Notes under the pieces: generated by a model
Seen by the model: only the letters and a program-made list of their open reading frames with translations
Databases searched by the model: none
What the model was told of the DNA's origin: nothing
Part shown: piece by piece, positions 27,692-36,932 of the stretch
How positions within the stretch are numbered: position 1 is the first letter of the stretch
Layout: every line of letters starts with the position of its first letter
Translations under genes and position numbers: made by a program
Assembly (NCBI GenBank): GCA_018692925.1
Contig: JABHLH010000002.1
Location: 38,576-102,575, forward strand
DNA length: 64,000 nucleotides
Direction of reading: 5' to 3'
From: an archaeon
GTDB lineage: Archaea; Nanobdellota; Nanobdellia; SCGC-AAA011-G17; GW2011-AR17

Positions 27692-28453
27692 TCATTTAAA
27701 TAATTTTCTCATACTTATCTTATAATTTCTTACAAGAACAAACAAAGAAACAAGAATCATTACTAAAGACATCCATTGTCCTACACTCAAACCCCAATAT
27801 AAAATATCTTCTCTATAGAAATCCAAAACCAATCTACCTATTCCCATTAACAAAACTCCACACCAAAATATGAATCCTTCTTTAAACTTTATAGACGATA
27901 AACTCCACAATATTCCTCCAATTGCAAATCTTTTCAAAGCACTATAAATCACATAAGGATGTCTACATAAATTATCTCCAAAGTCTACACACCAAGAAAC
28001 ATCTGTAACTCTTCCAACTAATTCTCCATTTGTAAAATTTGCTAACCTTCCTAAACCTAAAGCAAGTATTCCTGGAACTGTTAAAATGTCTGCAACTTTC
28101 AAAAAACTTATTTTCTTATTTTTACAAAACCACCATGCTCCGACGATAATTCCTACTAAACCTCCATGGTAAGCCATACCTCCTTCCCAAAGATAAAATA
28201 TTTTCCAAGGTTCTAATAAGTAATAATCAAACTCCCAGAAAACTACATGGAACAATCTGGAGCCAATAATTACACCTAACATTAAATAAAAAACAAGGTC
28301 ATAAACATCATCTTTTTTCAAAGCTATTTCTCGACGATAATGCATCAACCAAACTATACTCAAAATAAATCCAATTACATAAACTAAACCATAATATCTT
28401 ATTTCTAATCCACCCAAGTTTAACAACACAGGATTCAAATTATGTACCCACAT
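27692..28453 (-). CDS. lgt: Prolipoprotein diacylglyceryl transferase (Lgt), bacterial type
   Basis: Three signature blocks align with E. coli Lgt: NPVLLNLGGLEIRYYGLVYVIGF, LWEGGMAYHGGLVGII and LGLGRLANFTNGELVGR. Confidence 0.85.
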   Translation of the reverse strand: MWVHNLNPVLLNLGGLEIRYYGLVYVIGFILSIVWLMHYRREIALKKDDVYDLVFYLMLGVIIGSRLFHVVFWEFDYYLLEPWKIFYLWEGGMAYHGGLVGIIVGAWWFCKNKKISFLKVADILTVPGILALGLGRLANFTNGELVGRVTDVSWCVDFGDNLCRHPYVIYSALKRFAIGGILWSLSSIKFKEGFIFWCGVLLMGIGRLVLDFYREDILYWGLSVGQWMSLVMILVSLFVLVRNYKISMRKLFK

Positions 28454-28575
28454 ATAGATTCAAATCTTTTTAAAATTTATAAGGTTTCCCTCGAGAAAAC
28501 ATAAAGTTTATATACTAATATAGACTATATAACATTACTAGTATTTATAACTAGATTATATGAGGTGAAAAAAAA

Positions 28576-29031
28576 ATGGGAAAAGTTCTTGTAAAGTGTG
28601 GGATTAAAAGAGAATCTGGCTTTTTATACTTCTTAAATAAGAAGGGTGATGTGGCTAGAGTAAAGATGAAAAGACCTGGAATGAAGGGATCATTCAAACA
28701 GCAAGTGGTAGTTAAGTGTGGAGTTTCTAGAGAACCTGGTATGCTATATTACATCGACAAAGCAGGAAATGTTGCATGTACAAAAATGGCTAGAGGCGGA
28801 AAGAAGAAAAAGAAAAAAGCTAAAAAGAAAAAAGTGAAGAAAAAAGCTGTTAAGAAAAAGGTTAAGAAAAAAGCTAAGAAAAAAAAGGTGAAGAAAAAAG
28901 CTAAAAAGAAAGCAGTAAAGAAAAAAGTGAAAAAGAAAGCTGCAAAGAAGAAAGTTAAGAAAAAAGCTGCAAAGAAAAAAGCTAAGAAAAAAGCACCTAA
29001 AAAGAAAGCTAAAAAGAAAAAGAGAAGATAA
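28576..29031 (+). CDS. Tandem-repeat small-domain protein with a poly-lysine (histone-H1-like) tail
   Basis: Two roughly 50-aa repeats (VLVKCGIKRESGFLYFLNKKGDVARVKM and VVVKCGVSREPGMLYYIDKAGNVACTKM) are followed by about 80 aa of KKKVKKKA-type repeats. Confidence 0.5.
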   Translation: MGKVLVKCGIKRESGFLYFLNKKGDVARVKMKRPGMKGSFKQQVVVKCGVSREPGMLYYIDKAGNVACTKMARGGKKKKKKAKKKKVKKKAVKKKVKKKAKKKKVKKKAKKKAVKKKVKKKAAKKKVKKKAAKKKAKKKAPKKKAKKKKRR

Positions 29032-29053
29032 ATTTCTTTTTTATTTTTTTATT

Positions 29054-30829
29054 TTAACATTTTTTACAATTATTATTACCAAGATATAAAACTTGTTTTT
29101 CTCTACTACCATATCTATATACAGTAATTCCTTTACATTTATTCTTCCATGCTAACATGTAAGCTCTTTTCACATCGCCTATACTTGCTTTCTTAGGAAG
29201 GTTTATTGTTTTTGACACTGCATTGTCAACATTCTTTTGAAAGGCTGCTTGCATCTCTATATGCCTCTCTAATGGGATCTCTAAAGAAGTCATAAATAAT
29301 TCCTTTATTTGTTTAGGTACACTTCTAACTCCTTTTAGGCTCCCTTTATTTGCAATACTTCTCATCATTCCTTTCTTATAGAATCCTGTATACCTTGCAA
29401 GTTCTTCAAATCTTTTATTTACTTCAAACAATTTCATTCCGTTTAATATTTCTCTCATATAAGCTACTGCAAAGATTGGTTCAATACCTGATGAACATCC
29501 TGCTATGATACTAATACTTCCTGTTGGTGCAATTGCTAACAAACTTGCATTCCTTCTTCTTTTCTTTAAGCTACTTCTTTTAAAATTTGGAAATGCTCCT
29601 TTTTCTCTAGCCAACTTTTCAGATTCTTCTCTAGCTTTTTTATTAATAAATTTCATAACACTGTCTGCAAGTTTAACAGCTTCTTTAGAATCATAAGGTA
29701 TTCCTAACTCAATTAACATGTCTGCCCAACCCATAACACCTAATCCTATTTTTCTATTACTCAAACACATTAATTCAATTTCTTTGCTTGGATATTTATT
29801 TACTGTTACAACATTATCTAAGAATCTAACTCCTATTTTCACAGCTTTTGCTAATTTAACCCAATTAACATCTCCTTTCCTTGTAAACTTTGATAAATTT
29901 ACAGAACCTAAACAACAAGATTCTCTTTCAAATAGTGGAACTTCTCCACAAGGATTACTTGCATAAATATGATTTAATTTTTTCAAATTATTTTTTCTAT
30001 TTATTTCATCAATGAATAAAATTCCTGGCTCCCCATTCTCCCAAGCATTTTTACAAATATAATCATAAACTTCTCTAGAATTAAACTTCTTAACATTTCT
30101 ACCTTTATCATCTTTCAACCAATAATTTTGTCCATGCAGAACTTTTCTCATAAAATCATCTGTTATAGCGACTGAGATATTAAAATTTTTCAAATCTCCA
30201 TTTTCTTTTGCTCCAATAAATTCAAAAATATCTAAATGTGTAATATCTAAAACACCCATCATTGCTGCTCTTCGAATTCCACCTTTCTTCATAATTTCTG
30301 CAGCTTTATCAAAAACATACATAAACGAAACAGGTCCTGAAGCTTCTCTATTACTTGTTTTTATCAAACTTCCTTCTGCTCTAATTTTTGAAAAAGAATA
30401 ACCTACTCCTGCTCCACTTTGGAATATCAAGGCAGATTCTTTTAAAGTTTCAAATATATCTTTTATTGAGTCTGGTAAATCTAAAACATAACATGCACTC
30501 AATTGTTTTCTTGTTGTTCCTGCATTTGTAAGGCAAGGTGTATTTGGCAAAAATTCTAAATTTTTCATAACTTCAAAGAATTCATTTTCCCATTTCTTTT
30601 TTTCTTTCTTTTCTACTTTTGCAACATACTTAGCAACTCTTCTAAACATCTGTTCTGGATTTTCTACAACATTTCCTTTACTATTTCTTATAAGATATCT
30701 TTCATTAAGAACTGTCATAGCATGTAAACTTAAATTTAATTTATTCTCTAATTTTAGAATTGTTTTCAAATCTTTAGAATTCTTTTTAATTCTATTAACT
30801 TTCACTTCCTCAATTTTCTTAGAAGTCAC
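29054..30829 (-). CDS. nrdJ: Class II (adenosylcobalamin-dependent) ribonucleotide reductase
   Basis: NTPCLTNAG, SNPCGEVPL and SCCLGS active-site motifs. GTG start preceded by the Shine-Dalgarno AGAGGTGA. Confidence 0.85.
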   Translation of the reverse strand: MTSKKIEEVKVNRIKKNSKDLKTILKLENKLNLSLHAMTVLNERYLIRNSKGNVVENPEQMFRRVAKYVAKVEKKEKKKWENEFFEVMKNLEFLPNTPCLTNAGTTRKQLSACYVLDLPDSIKDIFETLKESALIFQSGAGVGYSFSKIRAEGSLIKTSNREASGPVSFMYVFDKAAEIMKKGGIRRAAMMGVLDITHLDIFEFIGAKENGDLKNFNISVAITDDFMRKVLHGQNYWLKDDKGRNVKKFNSREVYDYICKNAWENGEPGILFIDEINRKNNLKKLNHIYASNPCGEVPLFERESCCLGSVNLSKFTRKGDVNWVKLAKAVKIGVRFLDNVVTVNKYPSKEIELMCLSNRKIGLGVMGWADMLIELGIPYDSKEAVKLADSVMKFINKKAREESEKLAREKGAFPNFKRSSLKKRRRNASLLAIAPTGSISIIAGCSSGIEPIFAVAYMREILNGMKLFEVNKRFEELARYTGFYKKGMMRSIANKGSLKGVRSVPKQIKELFMTSLEIPLERHIEMQAAFQKNVDNAVSKTINLPKKASIGDVKRAYMLAWKNKCKGITVYRYGSREKQVLYLGNNNCKKC

Positions 30830-30903
30830 TTCTTCACCTCTCTCTATATTATTTTATATAACTAACTTTAACATTTATAAAGTCTTTCACCTATCTAATA
30901 ATT

Positions 30904-31776
30904 ATGCACTGGGTAATACTTACATTAATTTCAGCAATATTAGTTTCCTTTGTAATATTGATTGAAAAATATGTTATTATTCATGATTTAAAAGATCCAG
31001 TAATTATGGCTGGGGTTCTAGGGCCTGGTTTCTTTTTAGTTTACACAATATATACTCTTATTTTTGGGACATTTATAATCTCTTTATCAGCAATGATTTT
31101 TGCATTTTTTGTTGGTGTCTTCCATGTGTTAGCTCTTTTCTTTTATTATAAATCAATAAAGAAAGAAGAAGTCTCAAGAATAATTCCTTTATTTTCAATT
31201 ACTGGGATTTTTATTTTAATTTTTGCTTTTTTCTTTTTTGGTGAAACTTTTTCATTAATTCAATATTTAGGAATTTTTGCAATAATTATAGGATCTTTTT
31301 TACTTTCTATAAAAAATTTTTCAGATTTAAGATTAAGCATAGCTTTTCTCTTTGCAATAATTTCTTCATTCCTTTTAGCAATGAGAGCCATTTTTGTAAA
31401 ATTTGCTTCAAATCTGATTCCTATTACTGGAATTTTCTTTTGGGTAGGTCTTGGGGTTTTAACTACTTCTTTAATTTTATTTATTACTCACTATCATAAA
31501 TTTTCTAAAAAAGAATTTGAAGGAATAGAAATCTTATTTTTTACAAGTTTACTTGCTGCACTAGGGATTCTATCCTTTTTTTCAGCAATTTCTCTAGCTC
31601 CTGTTACCTTAGTTTCAACATTATTTCAAACATATGTATTTTTTACTTTTATTGGAGCAACTATTTTAACTTTAGTTTATCCTAAATTTATTAGAGAAAA
31701 ATTGTCTAAAAAGATTTTTATTCAAAAATTAATTGCAATTATATTAATCTTTATAGGATCATATTTTATTTTATAG
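30904..31776 (+). CDS. EamA/DMT-superfamily transporter
   Basis: 290 aa with about 10 TM helices in two 5-TM halves. Confidence 0.65.
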   Translation: MHWVILTLISAILVSFVILIEKYVIIHDLKDPVIMAGVLGPGFFLVYTIYTLIFGTFIISLSAMIFAFFVGVFHVLALFFYYKSIKKEEVSRIIPLFSITGIFILIFAFFFFGETFSLIQYLGIFAIIIGSFLLSIKNFSDLRLSIAFLFAIISSFLLAMRAIFVKFASNLIPITGIFFWVGLGVLTTSLILFITHYHKFSKKEFEGIEILFFTSLLAALGILSFFSAISLAPVTLVSTLFQTYVFFTFIGATILTLVYPKFIREKLSKKIFIQKLIAIILIFIGSYFIL

Positions 31777-32794
31777 TTTCAACTTCAATCTTTTCTAAAT
31801 CACAAAATTCAGTAGAAAAATTATAAGCTCCTGCATTTAAGAAAACAATCTCATCTCCTTCTTTAAGATCTTTCAAATAAACTCTATACCTAAAAAGATC
31901 CATAGAACAAGGTGTAACTCCTTTTATTACATAAGCTTCTCCTTCTCCTTTTTTCAATTCTCCTTCTACTAATAATTTCACCGGAACAATCAAAGCATCC
32001 ATATCTGAGTTATATACAGAAGCATCAACAATAATATTATTATCATATATTCTCAAAACTTTTGTTACAAGTTTAACTGCTGGAGCTGCAATAAATCTTC
32101 CTGGCTCAACAATCATTTTTATTTCATAATTATTTAACCATTCTCTAAAATCTTTCAATTTCTTTTTAATCCCATCAACAACTTTCACATTTGTATTTGC
32201 ATATACAGAAGGTAATCCTCCACCAATATTCATATAATCTAAACTTTTCAAACATTCTTCATCTAAAACTAAAGAAATTTCTTCTTTAAGGTTCCATTCA
32301 CTCATATTTTGTGTTTTTCTATGGAAGTGTACGCCTAATTTATCAATCTTAGAATTTTCTTTTAATTCTATAACTCTGGAATTAATTATTTTTGAACTCA
32401 TTCCAAATACAAAGAATTTTTCTGTCCTCAAACTATGTTCTTTTAATTTTAATCTAAGCAACAAATTAACTTTGCCTTCATAATTTTCTAAAAACTTTAA
32501 TAAAATATCTAAATCTCTCTCATTATCGACTGCAAAATTGTCAATTTTTTTAGAAATTAAATCCTTTATTTCTTCTTCATTCCAACCTTGTGCTAAAAAT
32601 ATAACTCTTGACAAATCTTTAATATTTTTTAATTCATTTACTAAATGTACACTAAACATACAATTTTCATTTTCTTCTAAAATCTCAGTAACTAAAGAAT
32701 TTGTTTTAGAACTATAAGAAACCAAATCACAAATCTCTTCAATCTCTTTATATTTCTCTAAAACAATTTTCTTATCTAAAATAAATTTAGGCAT
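31766..32794 (-). CDS. Fold-III PLP-dependent decarboxylase (ornithine/arginine/DAP or carboxy(nor)spermidine decarboxylase family)
   Basis: NIGGGLP, EPGRFIAAPA and a C-terminal CSMDLF motif. Overlaps the deoxyhypusine synthase gene by 8 nt, indicating an operon. Confidence 0.6.
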   Translation of the reverse strand: MPKFILDKKIVLEKYKEIEEICDLVSYSSKTNSLVTEILEENENCMFSVHLVNELKNIKDLSRVIFLAQGWNEEEIKDLISKKIDNFAVDNERDLDILLKFLENYEGKVNLLLRLKLKEHSLRTEKFFVFGMSSKIINSRVIELKENSKIDKLGVHFHRKTQNMSEWNLKEEISLVLDEECLKSLDYMNIGGGLPSVYANTNVKVVDGIKKKLKDFREWLNNYEIKMIVEPGRFIAAPAVKLVTKVLRIYDNNIIVDASVYNSDMDALIVPVKLLVEGELKKGEGEAYVIKGVTPCSMDLFRYRVYLKDLKEGDEIVFLNAGAYNFSTEFCDLEKIEVETIK

Positions 32795-33743
32795 TCAATA
32801 AATCCTCCTCATCTAAAACTTCTAAAGCCCTAATCATTGCCATTGGGAAAGTAAATGTAACATCTCCAATCACTGTAGCAATATCTGAATCATCTTTCAC
32901 TTTACCCCATGATTTTGCTTCATTAGTTGTAGCACCTGACATTGATCCTGAAGTCTTATGTGCTGTGGTCATATAAACTGCATACTCAGCTCCTCCATTC
33001 AATAATGTACAAAGTATAGCGTGATGTTTAGAAATGCTTCCACCAAGAGCTATAACACCTTTCTTCTCATCATGAGATGTACTCAATAAAATATTACCAA
33101 AATCTTTCACAACATCTACAACAAAATCTTCATGGTTCTGTTGAAACAAATACAAATGAAATCCAAAAGCACCATCAGTTATAGCAGGACAGAAAATTGG
33201 AACATTATTTTTTGCAGCTTGATACAAGATAGAATTTTCATCATTTAATGTTAAACCAATCTCTTTCAATAAATCAGACACAGCCCATCTTTTCTTCTTT
33301 TCATACAATTGTTGTAAAATTCTAGACATCTTGTCTTCAAAATTCATATAACTCTCATTATTGATTGTCAAGTTTCCAACTCTATTAATTCCTTGCTCAT
33401 GTAACTCAACATCATCACTGTTAAAAGTTCCAATATTAAATTCTTCACCAGTAGCTTTCATAAAATCTTCTTCTAAACCACCAACAGTTGTTACAATAAT
33501 ATCAGCCATTCCTAACTTTATTAATTGTGCAAAGAATCCTCTCAATCCTGAAGTTACCATATTTGAAGTAAATGTTAAAAAAATCTTAGCATTATTTTTC
33601 TTCATCTTCACAAAAACTTCTGAAGCTTTATTCAATTCTATACTTTGAAACCCAACATGACCTAGCTCATTCACTAAATCTTTAACCGTAATATTCTTTT
33701 TCCATTTAAAATCTCGAACTTTTTTCATAATATAAACCTCCAA
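32787..33743 (-). CDS. Deoxyhypusine synthase
   Basis: TSNMVTSGLR, CPAITDGAFG and GGSISKHH blocks. 318 aa. Confidence 0.85.
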   Translation of the reverse strand: MEVYIMKKVRDFKWKKNITVKDLVNELGHVGFQSIELNKASEVFVKMKKNNAKIFLTFTSNMVTSGLRGFFAQLIKLGMADIIVTTVGGLEEDFMKATGEEFNIGTFNSDDVELHEQGINRVGNLTINNESYMNFEDKMSRILQQLYEKKKRWAVSDLLKEIGLTLNDENSILYQAAKNNVPIFCPAITDGAFGFHLYLFQQNHEDFVVDVVKDFGNILLSTSHDEKKGVIALGGSISKHHAILCTLLNGGAEYAVYMTTAHKTSGSMSGATTNEAKSWGKVKDDSDIATVIGDVTFTFPMAMIRALEVLDEEDLLNA

Positions 33744-33883
33744 AAATAAATTATTAATAGAATTCTAACTACCTGATCTTCTTACTGAGTCTGTAGTTAA
33801 GTATTTCATAAGTTTAGGGAAATTTTAACCTTTTATAAATCTTACCATCAAACTTAAATACCACTAAATTTCTCTTCAAGCCT

Positions 33884-34621
33884 ATGATCATAGTAAAATA
33901 TGCCGAAATTGCAATCAAAGGTAAGAATAGAGTAGATTTTGAGAGAAAGTTGAGAGAAAATATTAAAGATTGTATAAAAATAAATCGAATTCCTTTTGAA
34001 AAAGTTCGAAGAATGAGGGGAAGAATTTTAATTTACACTGATCAAGAATGTCCTCAGTTAAAAAATGTTTTCGGAATAGCTTCATTTTCATATGCTAAAA
34101 GATACTCACAAGATTTACAAACAATCAAAGAAGAAGCATTAAAACTTTACAAGAAAGGAACTTTCAAGGTGTTTGTAAAAAGATCAGATAAGGTTCTAAA
34201 AAATTCTATGGAACTAGCTGCAGAGATTGGCGCATATATTGTAGAGAAAACAAATGCTCCTGTTGATGTAAAAAATCCAGAAACAAAAATTAATGTTGAA
34301 TTATTTAATCACTTTGCTTATTTATACACTGAAACTAATCAAGGTCCTGGTGGTTTACCAATTGGTTCAGATTCGAATGTTATCTTATTACTTCAAAACA
34401 AAGATTCTATTGAAGCTGGATTAAGAATTTTAAAGAGAGGTTGTTCTTTAGATGTTTACAAAGAAAAAGATATTGACTATTCTAAATTAAAAGAATACGA
34501 ATATGGTTTTAGAATTAAAGAATTGGAAGAGATGCCTGAAGAACCAGAAGCTGTAATTGTATCAGATAAAGTAGATTCAATAAAAGATTATCCTTACTTT
34601 GTTTTAAGACCTTTAATATAA
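33884..34621 (+). CDS. ThiI-like THUMP-domain protein with a degenerate, truncated PP-loop
   Basis: N-terminus MIIVKYAEIAIKGKNRVDFERKL matches the ThiI ferredoxin-like and THUMP region. GGLPIGSDSNVILLLQNKDSIEAG sits where SGGIDS would be. Confidence 0.65.
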   Translation: MIIVKYAEIAIKGKNRVDFERKLRENIKDCIKINRIPFEKVRRMRGRILIYTDQECPQLKNVFGIASFSYAKRYSQDLQTIKEEALKLYKKGTFKVFVKRSDKVLKNSMELAAEIGAYIVEKTNAPVDVKNPETKINVELFNHFAYLYTETNQGPGGLPIGSDSNVILLLQNKDSIEAGLRILKRGCSLDVYKEKDIDYSKLKEYEYGFRIKELEEMPEEPEAVIVSDKVDSIKDYPYFVLRPLI

Positions 34622-34657
34622 GAAAACTTTATTAACACTCTAAACTCATATCAACTT

Positions 34658-35272
34658 ATGCAATATAAAATTCTTGGGAATGGAAACTTTGATAATATCT
34701 GTGATTCTCAAGCTTACAAAGATGTAAAAGAATATTTGAATTATTTAATCTCTCACCAAGGTCTTGATATTTTAGACATTAAAGTAACTCTTTATGGAAC
34801 TGTTAGAAATCCAGAATTTAATTTTTTTAGAAAAAAAGGATTATTTGGTTTCCTTGGAAAATCCAAAGTAAATTCAAAAGCACCTAATGGATATGAACAA
34901 GCACCTTATGTTACTATACCCCTAGGATCAACAAGAATAGATTCCTTAGATTACACAACTCACCTTAATGCTGCAAAATCTGCAAACTCTTCTTTTGGAG
35001 ATTGTCATGAAGTTTATTTTGCAATTACATTCAAAGAAACTAATAGGACAAATGAAGAAATTAGATCTTATTTTAAAAGGTACAGAAGAAAGAACAGTAT
35101 TAGGATTTACATTACTTCCTCAATTGCTGGTCAAGATATATCTAATTTATCTAATTACAAAGATTTAGAAGGGAATAAAATAACAAATAAAGATATTGCA
35201 GTTTACATCAGTATTGACGATCCAACTTCCAACTTATTATCATTTCCTTTAATAGAAGAGCAGGCTGCTTAA
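34658..35272 (+). CDS. Hypothetical protein, member of a tandem paralogue pair with an FG[DE]CH motif
   Basis: 204 aa containing SSFGDCHEVYFAI. Alignable to the next ORF. Confidence 0.45.
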   Translation: MQYKILGNGNFDNICDSQAYKDVKEYLNYLISHQGLDILDIKVTLYGTVRNPEFNFFRKKGLFGFLGKSKVNSKAPNGYEQAPYVTIPLGSTRIDSLDYTTHLNAAKSANSSFGDCHEVYFAITFKETNRTNEEIRSYFKRYRRKNSIRIYITSSIAGQDISNLSNYKDLEGNKITNKDIAVYISIDDPTSNLLSFPLIEEQAA

Positions 35273-35309
35273 CAGAAACTTTTTAAACTAATTCTTCCTA
35301 TAAACAATT

Positions 35310-35882
35310 ATGCCAAGGCTAAAGCAAGTAGATACTATTGTATACAAGAATGTTAACTTTGATACAATTGCTGAAAGAGTTTATTTATTTATCTTACAAC
35401 TAAAGGAAGAAAAACAATTAAAATCTTTAAGATTTGTTTTCTCCGGTACAATTATTCATAATCTTCCAAAAAAGAAAGCTTTTTTTTCTAGATTATTTTC
35501 AAGAAAAGAAGAGATTATTGAAGATTATACTCCTTATGAAACTGTAAATTTATATTTTGAAAATTTAGATAATATTCCTTATTTATATTCAGATTTACTT
35601 GGAGCAATTCGTCAACAAAATCCTCATTTTGGAGAATGTCATTCTTTTATGATTAACTTATATCCTTCAAAAAAAGCTCATAAATCAAATCTTTTAAATG
35701 ATATTCATATTTATACAGATCTTGTTGGAGAGAATGCTATGGAACTTGAAAAGTTAAAGGCTTTAAGATATCTAAAGGGAACAAATTTAGAAACTACTGT
35801 TAATGTTACTTTCCCTGCAGGCTATGAAAAAGAGTTCTTTAGACTTGAACAAAACCTTTTTAAACCATCTATAAAACCTTGA
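35310..35882 (+). CDS. Hypothetical protein, paralogue of the preceding ORF
   Basis: 190 aa containing NPHFGECHSFMINLY, with shared upstream blocks (F.GT....P......F). Confidence 0.45.
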   Translation: MPRLKQVDTIVYKNVNFDTIAERVYLFILQLKEEKQLKSLRFVFSGTIIHNLPKKKAFFSRLFSRKEEIIEDYTPYETVNLYFENLDNIPYLYSDLLGAIRQQNPHFGECHSFMINLYPSKKAHKSNLLNDIHIYTDLVGENAMELEKLKALRYLKGTNLETTVNVTFPAGYEKEFFRLEQNLFKPSIKP

Positions 35883-36928
35883 TTTCTATGAAAATATTTG
35901 TAAAAACCTTTGGCTGCACTTTTAACAAAAGAGACTCTGAAATTATTAAAGGGGTTTTATCTACTAATCAATTTGAAATTGTAGATTCCGAGGAGAAAGC
36001 AGACATTATTGTAGTTAATTCTTGTGGTGTTAAAGATCAAACTCAAAGCAAAATTATCTTTTACATTGAATCCTTAAACAAACCTGTTTATCTTGGTGGT
36101 TGCTTACCTAAAATTTTAGATCTAAAAAATATAAAAAATGTTAAAGGTGTTTTTGATACAAATACAATTAATAATTTACCTAATCAAATTAATGGAGAAA
36201 TTAAAGAACTTTTTTCTTCAAAGAAACTTAACAAATTAGAACTTCCTGTTCAGCAAGATAGTGAAGATACTTTAATCATTCAAATCTCAGAAGGCTGTTT
36301 AGGGGATTGTAATTATTGTGCTACTAAATTTGCTAGAGGGAAATTAAAATCTTATTCTATATCTGATATTGTAAACGCAATAAAAGGTTTCAAGGGTACA
36401 AGGGTAAATTTAACTTCTCAAGATACTGGTTGTTATGGTTATGATATTGATACAAATCTTGCAAATTTATTAAAAGAGATGGTAAAACTTGAAGGAGATT
36501 TTATAGTTAGAGTTGGAATGATGAATCCTGAACACATTTTAAAATTTTTACCTGACTTTGTTGAAATTTTCAAAGATAAAAGGTTCATGAGGTTCTTACA
36601 CATACCTATTCAATCCGGATCTAATAAAATTTTAAAAGAAATGAACAGAAAATATACTCTTGAACAATTCAAAGAATTAGTAAATGCTTTAAGAAAAGAT
36701 ATTCCTGACATTCACATAGCTACAGATATTATTATTGGTTATCCTACAGAAACTGAAGAAGATTTTTTAGAGACTAAAAAGTTTTTAGAAGAAATGAATT
36801 TTGAAGTATTAAACTTGTCTAAGTACACTGCAAGACCTGGAACTTATTCTAAAAAGAATTTAAAACCTTTAAAATCAGAAATTGTTAAAGAAAGAAGTAT
36901 TATTTTTGATAAATTTATAAAAAAATAA
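35879..36928 (+). CDS. Radical-SAM methylthiotransferase (MiaB/MtaB-like) lacking a TRAM domain
   Basis: MTTase N-terminal domain VKTFGCTFNKRDSE and radical-SAM CLGDCNYCATKFARG. Confidence 0.8.
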   Translation: MISMKIFVKTFGCTFNKRDSEIIKGVLSTNQFEIVDSEEKADIIVVNSCGVKDQTQSKIIFYIESLNKPVYLGGCLPKILDLKNIKNVKGVFDTNTINNLPNQINGEIKELFSSKKLNKLELPVQQDSEDTLIIQISEGCLGDCNYCATKFARGKLKSYSISDIVNAIKGFKGTRVNLTSQDTGCYGYDIDTNLANLLKEMVKLEGDFIVRVGMMNPEHILKFLPDFVEIFKDKRFMRFLHIPIQSGSNKILKEMNRKYTLEQFKELVNALRKDIPDIHIATDIIIGYPTETEEDFLETKKFLEEMNFEVLNLSKYTARPGTYSKKNLKPLKSEIVKERSIIFDKFIKK

Positions 36929-36932
36929 AAAA

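Noticed and set aside
28790-29031. Tandem A-rich repeats that superficially resemble a repeat array
   Set aside because: They lie inside a continuous ORF and encode a lysine-rich tail. Repeat units are imperfect and there are no spacer-like unique segments, so this is not a CRISPR array.
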